Shown here: in pieces, positions 39,257 to 51,065 of the stretch | How the letters are laid out: each line of letters starts with the position of its first letter | Numbering within the stretch: the stretch's first letter is position 1 | Assembly (NCBI GenBank): GCA_977030845.1 | Contig: OZ365109.1 | Coordinates: forward strand, 45,818,001-45,882,000 | DNA from: Fimbriosthenelais zetlandica | Lineage: Eukaryota | Direction of reading: 5' to 3' | Length of the DNA stretch: 64,000 bases | Position numbers and translations under genes: made by a program | The notes under the pieces: model-generated | Databases searched by the model: none | What the model saw: the letters and a program-made list of their open reading frames with translations, nothing else | Told to the model about the DNA's origin: nothing

Positions 39257-39392
39257 AAAGTTTTTGATGCGGGTGCTGGCGCCTAACGGACACTGGTCGA
39301 ACGTGACGTAGGGCCTTAACGACAACCAGACAGTAACCATGGGCCAGTCTCTCTTGGCGATATATCTAGCGACTCGGGGCGGTCGCTAGGAC
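39257..39392 (-). repeat. Split direct repeat A1 (136 bp)
   Basis: Base-by-base identical to 36964-37099. Confidence 0.95.
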
Positions 39393-41391
39393 GAATAGAT
39401 CTGTTCGTTCCTAAGACAAGGGTAAGGGTTGTTGCCAACCAGCTCTACAACCAGAAGTTGTTCAGTCCTAAGCCAAGGCTGATGGGTTGTTGCCAACCAC
39501 CTGTACAATCAGAATTGGTTCCGTCCTAAGCCAAGGGTTGTTGTCAACCAGCTGTACAACCAGAGTTTGTAAGGATTCTTATATTCCTCTGTACCTACCA
39601 AACGAATTCTGTACAATTCAGCAATCTTTAGACATCTGAAATTAAGTTCTATTTTATGTCTTTTTAATTGTAATAAATTAAAGGAAGGTTTTGGTTGGAA
39701 CACCCCATGGAAACTACATAATATTCTGGAAAGTGTAGAATGTCGAGAACCACTTCATATTGATAGTAGGTATGGAGTTCACAATGGGTATATCTTTGGG
39801 TACACATGGCATCTGAATTTTTATTCATTGAACTATAGAAGTCATAGTCTATACAAATGTAACATATACGTCAGGGACTTGCAGTGTGTGACATAGACAT
39901 GCCATGAGTTTCATCCCACGAGGAATTGTTATATACGTACTCATTGTGGTACTCACACCCATAGCTGTGCTTAAAACAACATCCCATTCCAATAGTATAG
40001 GACGATCTACTAAATGGCCGTGCGTCCATGTTTTGAATGCCAATTCTCCCAGACAAAAATGGTCGCAAAAATCCCTCTTGTATAGATCTATTTTATTATG
40101 AATCGGAGGGAGAAATAGCAAATAGTAGGACGATTTAATTATATAGCTTGTATTCATGGTATTTCATGAAAATTCTTCCAGACCAAAAAGTCTTCCTCCT
40201 GTATACATATTTGTGAATCTGATGATAAAATTGATATCATTTTCCCAGCTGTTTGAATGGTGGTGTTAAATAATATGAATTACTCGCTGGTTTCACAGTT
40301 ATGAACAATGGACCTCTTGCACTGTTAGCATGACAAGTGTATTGCTAGATTCAAGTACTCGTCTGTAGTCAGACTCAATCTTGAGCTACATACGGGGTTT
40401 TTATGGCCCTTCAACCTCTGCTTCTTACACGTATATAAAAGGCAAGTCGTTAAAGCCTCACCCAAGCGACAGTTCTATACACTCACATAAAAGACTAAGG
40501 TATTGCACCACCATATTCACTATAACAAGCATTTACCGCAGTAAACGCTCGAGTACTACTTCTTTTTATTGCCAGGATCGGTGAAAGGTATAGACTCTGC
40601 TTTATTGGAATTTTTATGTATATATCGCCACTAGTCACTGCGTAGTTCCTGCGGCTACTGAGGCTGATGAAGCCAATGCAAGATGAAACTTGCCATTCCC
40701 TCCACATCAATCCTCTTTGCTAAATGTCACGCAAGGAGTAATTGAATTGCTGGCATTTTTGACATTTATGCACAGATTTCCTTCACGGTTATTTTTTTTT
40801 AAAGATTGTTTTCTTTGCAAGGCTACCATGTTATTATCTGTAATATGGGAGACATACATGTGATGGCCATCTGAAGCTATTCCTGGAGGTACATGTATAT
40901 GAACCATTGCGTATCCGACTTGCTCCTATGCAGAATCATCAATGAGAAAAACGCTAAACTTGACTCGCCCTTGCCTCTCTCTATCAAGACCAAAGTTTCA
41001 GCCCATGTCAGCAATGCCAATATAATTTAGCCCTTGGAAGTCTTTGGGCCTGTTTTCAGAGTCTGAGAGAGAAATTCAAATACTAGGTACCACTATGTGG
41101 TACATGATTCCGACAACTTTCCTTGAGTTAGTAGGCCTAACACTTCCCCCCTGGTTTGGACCAGTTTTCGCCCCGGTGTACCAGTTCTAACGTACCCCCT
41201 GTCTAATGTACCCCCCGGTATAATAAACCTAGGTCTAAGATACCGGGGGTAACTTTGGCCTGGGTGCAATATACCCCCGGGGGTACTTTAAACCTAGTTC
41301 CAATATACCCCCGCCAGTTTCAAGTTACCCCCGGGGGTATATTGAACCTAGGTTCAATATACCCCCAATATATGAATAAATTGTAATACTC

Positions 41392-41990
41392 CCTGGGGGT
41401 ACACTAAACCTAGGCCGAATATACCCCCCTTCTGACTGAATATTATGTTTGAAGTTATTCCCTGGGGGTACACTAAACCTAGGCCGAATATACCCCCCTT
41501 ATGAATGTACATTATGTTTGAAGTTATTCCCTGGGGGTAAACTAAACCTAGGCCGAATATACCCCCCTTATGAATGTACATTATGTTTGAAGTTATTCCC
41601 TGGGGGTACACTAAACCTAGGCCGAATATACCCCCCTTATGAATGTACATTATGTTTGAAGTTATTCCCTGGGGGTACACTAAACCTAGGCCGAATATAC
41701 CCCCCTTATGAATGTACATTATGTTTGAAGTTATTCCCTGGGGGTACACTAAACCTAGGCCGAATATACCCCCCTTATGAATGTACATTATGTTTGAAGT
41801 TATTCCCTGGGGGTACACTAAACCTAGGCCGAATATACCCCCCTTATGAATGTACATTATGTTTGAAGTTATTCCCTGGGGGTACACTAAACCTAGGCCG
41901 AATATACCCCCCTTATGAATGTACATTATGTTTGAAGTTATTCCCTGGGGGTAAACTAAACCTAGGCCGAATATACCCCCCTTATGAATG
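41392..41990. repeat. 69-bp tandem array, ~9 near-identical copies
   Basis: Unit starts at 41392, 41461, 41530 ... 41944. Core GGGGGTACACTAAACCTAGGCCGAATATACCCCCC. The 23-aa repeat ORFs are artefacts. Confidence 0.97.
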
Positions 41991-42011
41991 TTGCAATTGC
42001 TATGTATCTTC

Positions 42012-42400
42012 GGGGGTACATTAGACCTAGGCTGAATGTACCCCAAGTACATTGAATCTCAATTGCAAGGTATCCCCCAGGGGGTACGTTAGACCTAGGC
42101 TGAATGTACCCCCAGTACATTGAATCTCAATTACAAGGTATCCCTCAGGGGGGGGGGGGGGGTACATTAGACCTAGGCTGAATGTACCCCCAGTACATTG
42201 AATCTCAATTGCAAGGTATCCTCGGGGGGGGGGGGGTACATTAGACCTAGGCTGAATGTACCCCCAGTACATTGAATCTCAATTGCAAGGTATCCTGGGG
42301 GGGTACATCAGACCTAGGCTGAATGTACCCCCAGTACATTGAATCTCAACTGCAAGGTATTCTCGGGGGTACATTAGACCTAGGCTGAATGTACCCCCAG
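42012..42400. repeat. ~66-78-bp tandem array, ~6 copies with a variable G tract
   Basis: Core GGGGGTACATTAGACCTAGGCTGAATGTACCCCC plus AGTACATTGAATCTCAATTGCAAGGTATCC. Confidence 0.93.
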
Positions 42401-44953
42401 GAGTTGAATCAAAGTTAAGTTATCAAAGAAATAATGGGGGGTACTTTAAACCTGGGGGGGGGGGTAATTTAAACCTCAGGTCTAAATGACCGGGGGGGTA
42501 TATCAGATTGGGGGGTAAGTTAGATCTGTTACACCGGGTCCCTCATCAACTTAATTTCCTGGAGTGCAAGTTCACGCGAAACCCGAGTTGTCATTAACTA
42601 GGAATAGTTCAAAGGCCGTGTGCTCTTTGTAACATGAAAAGAAAACATTAAAATTAAATTTTAATTCCCAATAAAAACAAAATCACTTTACTGTGTCTTT
42701 TTTGTACATGTTGTGCCTTGAACGAACCAGCGCCTTGCATTTGGAAATATTTCTTCATAATTCCATAGTGTTTTCTGTGAGCTAAAATTTGATATTTTTT
42801 CACATATGGATGGTTTTAAGGCATAATATTTCTTATCTTTCATGATGTATCGATAACCACCGGCTGATGAAAAGTGTCTGTTCAAGGTTTCTATCTCTGC
42901 CCTTCACATGATGGATGGGTCTGCAGGAGGTATCAGTGACTGTGGCTGGGGGGTGGGGGGTTGTGTTAGGCTCATGCACTCTGCATATACATATGTATAC
43001 TTACTTACATCATCATGTCTTGGCCAGGGTCGGAGTGGAAGGTATAGGTGTAAGTCCTAAACCCATCAGGTGAACATTGGAACTCCCCATGTGGTACATA
43101 CCTCACAACTGATTACTGTTCCGGCCTGTTTATATGCCTTGTTTTAAGCCCCTCACATACCAAGCCGACAAATGCCAACCGAGCGTCAGATTTGTGCCAG
43201 TCGATCTCTCGGTTTTAGAACGAATATCCAAACCGCCAAAAGGAACACGGGTCTAGATTTAATATTTCATAGAGTTGGATAACTCATCAAGTTATCAGGC
43301 GGTTTTTTCCAAAGTTTGCTAATCTCGGAATTTCACATTGGCGTGGACCTAATTTTACCTGGTCGGATTTGCATTCTTTGGTGAATGGTTGGAAAGAGTT
43401 GGAAATTGGAGGAAACTAGAAATTATTAATAGACGGAGCTGATACTAAGAAAAATTACACCATCTCGGTTGTTGAAATCGAGATGGATTTCAAATAATAT
43501 TTAATCAAATTAAAAATCATAAATAATATTTAATCAAATTAAAAATCATATTACACAATTGCCTCCATTGGCACACTTGGATATTGATAAGGAACAACAA
43601 CTTCTGTTGTATGTTCTTGCAGTTCGAAAATTAATCTGGTTTAATAAAATAACAAGATTGTATAATAATACGTACACTATTATTCCATAACGTCTTCCTG
43701 TTTTACATATACGCATGTAACAGCAATAGACACTCCTTATATCTTACGGGCTTGTATAACTTGTCCCCGTGGGCGTTGATTAATTTTTCTTTGATGAATG
43801 AGATGCATTATAAAGATGAGGCATCTCTGGTCTCAAGATCAGCCAGCGGGAGTGGGCATCATATAGGGTGTCGAGTTGCCTAGCAATCTAGTTTACTAGA
43901 TATTGCTCCCCGAGGGGAATGCATCAGGGGGTTCATGCCATGATATTTGGTGCCAAATCTGCCATATATATACACCAAAATCAATCACTTGTTTTGATCA
44001 ATAGTTTTGCATAATGACTTTCCTAGTATTGTTGGCTCACGGTCGCAATAATTTACAAGCATCTTCTAGTAGTGTATGATCTTACTTTGGTAAAAACAGC
44101 ATTTTTTAGGTTACATAAATCGATATCAATTGAAATCAATAATATTATAGTTAACAGTTTGGGAGACGAGAAAATGTTCGCAATTCGCAGGTGTTCCTAG
44201 ATTACAAGTATTCACTACTTGAAATGTAGAAAAGGCCAACCTTGTCTTCCACTATTTATGGTCGGAGGCATTTAAAGGAACTATTGAGAAGAACAGGACA
44301 TTTTATGTCAACAGGGTGCTTCGATCGTACCAAGTTGTTCTCGTCCTGAATAATTGCCTATACTGGACGTTAAAGAATATTCACTCATCTACTGGCTCAC
44401 TCACTTACTTACTCACTCATCCCCTCACTCACCAACTATCTCACTTAACCACTTATCTCAATGTAATTGAGGTTTTACTTGTCAGTGCAAATCTGTCCCT
44501 GTACTGTAGAGATCTCCAAAATATATTGATCTGATTTTCCAGTGAAGGTATAGCGACTTTGACAAGTTTGTTCTGGCTCTGATACTGCCAGGGCACATAT
44601 GAGGCACACCGATGTAGTAGTATCCTTGAGACTGGATGATGAACCGAGTAGGTGAGAGTAGTATGAATTGGCCTCAAGGCAGTGTCTACAGGGTGGTGGC
44701 CCCCAGTGCAAAAAGGGTAATTACCTCGATGAAATGGTTATAGTCTGGCCTACCTGCTTCCCAAAGTCTAACATTCTACATCCCACTTACATGGCTGGTA
44801 ACTCAGACGCGACTCTCTCCATCAATCTGCCATATAGTAACACGTTCTCATGTACACTTCAATCAGGGCATATTTTTGCGACTAACTGGTCGCAAAAATA
44901 AGTTCAAAGGCCGAAAGCTCCTCATCAACATTAATTTGTGCTTAATGTGGTCC

Positions 44954-45250
44954 CATGCACAATTCTGAACTTTCTGCTTAATATGTTCTCATGCAAACTT
45001 CTGATGTTGGAACATTGTACTTAATAATAATAATAATATTATCATGTTGTCATGCAAACTTCTGATTTTTGGAAATTTATGCTTAATTATATTGTCATGC
45101 AAACTTCTGATTTTGGAACTGTATGCTTTATTATGCTCTCATGAATGCAAACTTCTGATTTTGGAACTTTATGCTTAATTATGTTCTCATGCAAACTTCT
45201 GATTTTGGAACTTTGTCCTTAATATGCTCTCATGCAATCTTCAGATCTTA
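44954..45250. repeat. ~44-bp degenerate minisatellite, ~7 copies
   Basis: CATGCAAACTTCTGATTTTGGAACTTTATGCTTAATTATGTTCT repeated. Confidence 0.9.
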
Positions 45251-48200
45251 GGACTTGTTTCACAGCTTAACTTAACAAAATTTGAGTATATTGGGATAAA
45301 TAAATGTTTTTCCTTTGTATAGTATAGTATAGACAGCGCCGTATTGCACATGATGAATTATTGTTATGAATAATCAGCCTATCAGGCGAGCCCCATGCGA
45401 CAATATCTCGCCTAAGATAATGAGAGACTAGATCTATAAAGGAACCTACCCACTGTTCCTGTTATCGCTTCAATTCTCGGCTTAGTGGCGTCCCGACATT
45501 ATGAACCTAATCACACGGTTCATAATATTTACTAGCGGTCATGTAGAGATTTATGCTTCACGGTATGTATATGTATCTCTTGTATGAATATACTGTGATG
45601 GCCAGATATTTGTTTGCCTCGCGCTGGTGAAGTACTCAGTGAAGTAACTGCCACTTAAATCACCTATCACAGGTGCTTTTACAACAAGATATATGTTGGC
45701 CATTAGGATTGCTCTGTTTTGCTCTCTTTCCACAGGCCTACAACCAAGCGTTAATCAAGTTATGCAGTTGTTTGTACTGTTCAAAGGTTTTTCCACTATT
45801 GTTGGACATACCATTTCCTCAACTTTCTTCCAGATATATGTCTATCTCCTTTCGGTCGGTTAAGGAGGCCTAGATGTCAAAATAATAGTAAATCTAGGGC
45901 CTATTTCAGAAGAAAAATGTGCTATAAATGGCTCATTGATTTGGACAATGGCTTATGTAGTGCATGCTTCTTATGAAATGTGCCCCTTATTCGGATTGTA
46001 TAATTTTCCATCCTATATTTATCTTATATTTATGAGAGAAGATAACATCTCTCACTATTTTCTCAAACATTTTATGATTCACTGTAACTTTGCTCGCAAT
46101 TGCTTTCACATCACATTAGTAAGGAGCATGAACTCTTTTAACAAGAAACCCATTCTGAAGTAAAACTGAAGATAGGGTTTCCAATGCAATTGCTGGAAAA
46201 GTTCCAGCGAATTTCTGAACAAAAAAGTGAAAGGTGTATTACTTAGGCCTATATGAACTCCTGTATATTATATATTCACTATCTATGTACACTATTATAC
46301 ATATAATGTGATATATATGACCCTGGGATCTTAGAAGGAATTGGAAGAAAGTCCAGTCCATATCCTGGATATGTTTATGAAACTGGATAAGGAATTGATG
46401 TAGTCTCGGTGGTTTCATCCGGGCAGTTCAGTTTATTTATACAATATCAAATTCCAGTCTACTGTTCCACCTCCAGAAACTTAGGATGAGATGAGGTGAA
46501 CTCAAGGATGAGTAGGGAATAGTTATAAGATGATATCATCATTGGTTTACCTGCACCGTTATTCAGCCACAAACTCGTGATATGGCCTGGCTATATATAA
46601 ACAACTCTTCATTTGATTGTCTTGTTCCCATCATTTCTTTTCATTTGCACTTTTTTCCACCAGTGTTTGTCCTGCAAATGACGAGTTTCATGGAAAACAT
46701 ATTGTCTCTCAGAGTGAATGATGCCTACCTATTATCTTTGACAAGTGGTTGTTCTCAAGTTTTGAATAGGAAAAGAGGCATTGTTTTTTTCATGCTAGAG
46801 TACAAAGCAAAAAATATGATGAACAAATTGATTACCAAAAATTTTGAATTTGACTATGTATATGCTTCATGGATTGTTGCTGTCATAAAATTGAATGGCA
46901 CACATGACTCTTAACAACTTAGGAAGATGTGATTAATTAGCAAATTGCGAATTAAATTTAATGTATTTTGTTTCATTCGCAAATTTCCATGTTCCCATTT
47001 CGAATGTCTAATGAGTGTATTGTCCAGTTTTCTTTTTGTCTAGCAGCTCATGTGGGACTAGTAGCTATTCTACTCGTCATCGTATTAGTTGCAACTCATC
47101 CTGTCCACTGCTTGCCTGTCCTATCATCCTATTGTTAGTTGCACAAGGACATTTCTGGCCGAGTCCCAAGTTTGAACTGAACTAGATCAGTCAGTGCCCA
47201 CCCATTATACCGAGCAGGACACACTGGCTTAACCTGCACAGTTGTGGGTGCAAATGTTTTATTTTTGCATTTCCACCTTCCAATCACACCCAGTTTTTTC
47301 TGGGATGTCTGAGATATAACCTTGTTGAAAAATAACATTTACACTCAACTGTTGAGTAGGTACAACAGGTTGTGGTCGAACACCCAGTACAGTTCAATAT
47401 TCAAACTCTAAATATAAGGTCCATAGTCTGGAAGCTTTCCGATAGTATTAAATTGTTTATATTGCACTATAACAAGGCTTTCAATTCTGTTAGTTTAACA
47501 AGGATAAATGGTTAAAATGACGAATATGCAAGGGATTTGTCACTTCCGTATCTTCCTATGAGATCTGAGAAAAAATTCTGGTCAGATTTCACTGACAATC
47601 GATGGCCAAGCTGCCACTAAAACTATCGAGTGAAAACCCCTTAATGCAATTGGATGGATACACCGCAAACTTAAAATTAACCGGTATGCCTTTAATAATG
47701 TTTTTTTTGCCAGATGGCGGGATTTAACTCAAAAGAAACACAATTGCCAAGTTTCAGATTCTGAGGAGATAATTAAGTGGAAAGGGTCGGTGAATGAAAC
47801 CTTTCTTTCTGTTGAACTGCATTGAATTTTTTCCCTTCCCTTTTGATTTTGAGGAAGAAAATTTCCAATTCCCATGCGCATTTTATCTCTTCTTAAACAA
47901 AGTCTCGTCCATGCAAATAAAAAAAGTCAAGTAAGCTTCATTCTGTCAACAAGGGACACAATGCAAAATAGGGCGATCCCATGAGAAGCGAAGTTTTATA
48001 TGGGTTGCATATATATAGAATGAAGGACTTTTTTATCGTCAATATTGTCATAGTACTGATTTGCTGACTTTTCCCAGAGGGAATCCAGGTGCATATTTAG
48101 AGAATACCTAGAAGGTAGTTTACCCCGGATGATCCTAACTAAGTCTTATGATTTGGGTCAGTAACCAGATGCTCTGTGTCAAGACTGCTACCTTTACAGC

Positions 48201-50549
48201 TCTTGACAGCGATGAATCAAACCAGACGGAATACACCACCGTAGCCTCTCTGATCAAACCATTCATTTCTGTGACTGTAAAAGCCTAAAAGGGCTAAAGT
48301 ACACTCGTATATATGCAGCGGTGATGTGTCGATGTATGGCATTAATGGCATTGCTGATATATGTTTACTTTCATGCATACTCAATATTACTCATACTTAC
48401 GCCATATATAGGTGCCCTCTTTTAGATAATGTCCCCCAATCCATATACTGTACATACGTACGGAGCTAAAGAATATATAACATATTATGTGTAAGCCAAA
48501 TGTCGACGGTCTGTCATAGAATGAATGGACCTCCAGAACTTTACTCTTTGAATGATACTATGTTTGAGATTTTTAAATATAAATTTATGTTTCGTGTGAT
48601 TGGCACTTTACATGCAGATAGAAATTTGGTCAATATCTTATGAGAAAAACTTTCAAGAAAATATCTGAAACTCAAGCGCAGGAGCATAAAAACAAGAAAA
48701 CAGACAAAACATGAATTTAATTCACTTTCCCCATTTTCCACCTTCATAATCTTCCCAGGCTCTAGTGCGTGCTAAGTACCAACCAGAACGTAAACTGTCA
48801 TTCATATATATGTACTGTTTTTTCCAATTGTTTTTCATAACTCATCCGAATTTCCATTCATTTTCAGGTGAGTACACCCAGTTGGCCTCTTCCCACTTTT
48901 TCACTGGTAAATATACACCACTACTTCTTACTTGGTTCCACTCGGCTGCACCCTGCTGCTCCCCTATTCTTGTGCGACTCGGAGCTCCCCACCTATTGAT
49001 CAAGCACTACACAAAGGGGAGTCGATCGTTACCATGGCAAAAATTGAATGAGTAACCCTTGCTTGTTTCATCAAGCTAAGTGTTCCCAATTTTTTTGTTG
49101 GGATGAGAGTGTAGGCGGAGCTAACGAAAAATCAAAGTGATGTTTCAGGTCATGGGCACTGACTCGAGGGATGAAAATATTCTTTATTACCCCCTTTTGG
49201 GAACTTCTAAGGGCATAGAAAGGTTGGCAGATAGGGCCATTTTGATGACCTTTTGGGGGCAGTCTTCACACGGTTTTAACACAGGCTTTTCTATAATATA
49301 ATTTCCCATAGGGACTTCCCTAATAATCCAAAGCCTGGAGTTTTCCCATGAAAGCCTATTGATACCACGGGACCCCTATTGATGTGAGGTTAATACATTT
49401 TCCTCCCCCTCAAAGATTCTCATGTTTAAAAAACATTGATTAATGATAAGCCTTATGGATTTACAAAACGCTCGGTGGGGCCATTGGCATCTTTTCAAAT
49501 AATATTCAGAATGATTATATTTGGGATGTTTTGAATGTGAAAGGCTGTAGCCTCTTATAGAGAAAGCATCAGACCTAACCTTGTCCTTATTTCATTGTCT
49601 AAAATTACTTTGGCACGGTTTCATTTGTATATCATCCAAGTGTCTCCCATATGTGTGTGGGCCGCTTCGTTTGGAAAAGTTTACCCCTGTTCAATGGATC
49701 TTTTCTATATTTTTTCCTTATAAAACATGGGACCCATCGATAACTTGTAAAGAGGGGTTAACACGGTAAATCGCGTGATGAAATTAAAAGACCATCACCT
49801 TTGTACCGCGGGGTATATCTCACCGTTTTTAATTCATTAATGCCACATAAACCGCCATTTTTAAAAAATAAGTTGAAAGAAAACTTTCCACTCGGACGGT
49901 AACCATCACATGTTTCCTCTCATAAATTGATAGGTTTTGTCGAGGCTTATTCAAGACGAAAATAAATTAAGTTTTTGTTTGATAATGGCTTAAAAACTAA
50001 CGTTCAGGATTGGTATAGATAAGGGTGATTTCTTCAGTAAAAACTAAAACTTTATGTGGGAAACTGAAAAAAGGTTAGATTTATAGTTTAATTTATGCAT
50101 GTGGAAATACGGTTGTGCTCTTTAATGGGTACAGGCACACACATTTGCATCTTTAGTCAAAATTCGTATAAGACACTGGCAGGATTTGTTAGTGTGGACT
50201 TTTTAGTTATAATAAGGAACTTCAAATTATATACCGTACATTGTATATCATATCAGGTCAGCTATGTATGCTGGAAATTCCTCTAAAGGGACTTTTGCCA
50301 GTGGTGTTGCCCTACCGAGTAAGCCTATTTGGTAGGGTGGTCTATGGAATTGAGAACGTTGATTAATTAAACAGGAAATAATCAGCAGCAGAGGTTCATA
50401 AATATAAGCTATAGTGTACATATGCCTGATAATACATTACTTAATACTTAATAAATATATTGCTTCACTGTTCATTACCTGTCCATATCTCTAGCAATAC
50501 TAGAATCAAGCATCGCTAATGTATATGGATCGAGTTCCATTAGTCATTA

Positions 50550-50795
50550 GGCCAAACAAGATATTACATTTGTTTCTGGTCACTGGACCGACCGTCATAC
50601 AGTTGCACAGACAATGACCGACGTCGGTCATTTTTTAAGGTGGAAGCAGCCAAAATAAAATCTAAAACTTCGGCTGTTATCCACAGGATCAGGAGTTAGT
50701 TTATCAGTACCGTCCAATATTTTTGCAACGAAACTATTATGCCAACCGACCGACCCATGTTATTCATGTTACAAATGTAGATTTTTGGTTTGGCC
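50550..50795. mobile_element. PIF/Harbinger (Tourist-like) MITE, 246 bp
   Basis: TTA|GGCCAAACAAGATATTACATTTGT ... ACAAATGTAGATTTTTGGTTTGGCC|TTA. Imperfect ~25-bp TIRs with TTA on both flanks. Confidence 0.7.
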
Positions 50796-51010
50796 TTACC
50801 ATTCTATATAGAAAAATATAATGAGTTATGTTTTCAAAACCTCTCCCCCATATCGTTTTCCTGCTAGTTTTTCATTATCAAGGTTAGGCTACTTCCTTGT
50901 AAAAGGACACCACGTCTCCATGTCCCCAATGAGGGCTCAATGTCAAATATTTTTTATGGTCCACATTAGAATTGTCACAGTCTAAGATTTATTTTATCAT
51001 TGATTTCTGA

Positions 51011-51065
51011 GGCGCAGGCGGTTAAGTGTTCTACTTGAATATGGCAGATCCTTAGTTCAATTTCC
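51011..51065 (+). other. Degenerate tRNA-derived (SINE-head-like) sequence
   Basis: A-box-like GGCGCAGGCGG and B-box-like AGTTCAATTTCC about 32 nt apart. No complete cloverleaf. Confidence 0.2.

Larger units (their letters stand above)
36874..39392 (-). mobile_element. Ngaro-type (DIRS order, tyrosine-recombinase) retrotransposon, internally deleted, 2519 bp
   Basis: Sense-strand order is A1(39257-39392)-gag-pol'-YR'-B1(37100-37153)-A2(36964-37099)-36 bp-B2(36874-36927), the split-direct-repeat layout of Ngaro elements. No TSD. Gag zinc fingers and YR motifs are recognisable. Confidence 0.92.
36821..39565. repeat. Four-unit ~55-bp tandem array split by the Ngaro insertion (unit 1 at 36821-36873, units 2-4 at 39393-39565)
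   Basis: Consensus TGTTCAGTCCTAAGCCAAGGGTTGTTGYCAACCAGCTGTACAACCA-GAA(N). Units 2-4 begin at ~39402, 39459 and 39517. Confidence 0.85.
41172..42538. mobile_element. Non-autonomous TIR element (1367 bp) filled with palindromic repeat arrays, superfamily unassigned
   Basis: CCCGGTGTACCAGTTCTAACGTACCCCC versus the reverse complement of the right end, CCCGGTGTAACAGATCTAACTTACCCCC (25/28). Similarity extends to ~60 bp. No clean TSD (TCGC versus TCCC). Confidence 0.8.

Noticed and set aside
38419-39340. Plus-strand and alternative-frame ORFs overlapping gag
   Set aside because: Antisense or shifted shadows of the gag ORF and repeat A, with no motifs of their own.
36821-39565. CRISPR-like reading of the ~55-bp array, and of the 69-bp array at 41392-41990
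   Set aside because: No unique spacers of regular length, no cas genes, and a eukaryotic context.
41354-42272. 23-aa repeat ORFs
   Set aside because: Translations of the 69-bp and ~70-bp arrays.
44490-44650. GVPHMCPGSI as a LINE RT GVPQGS motif
   Set aside because: The match is too loose and no downstream YADD-like motif follows.
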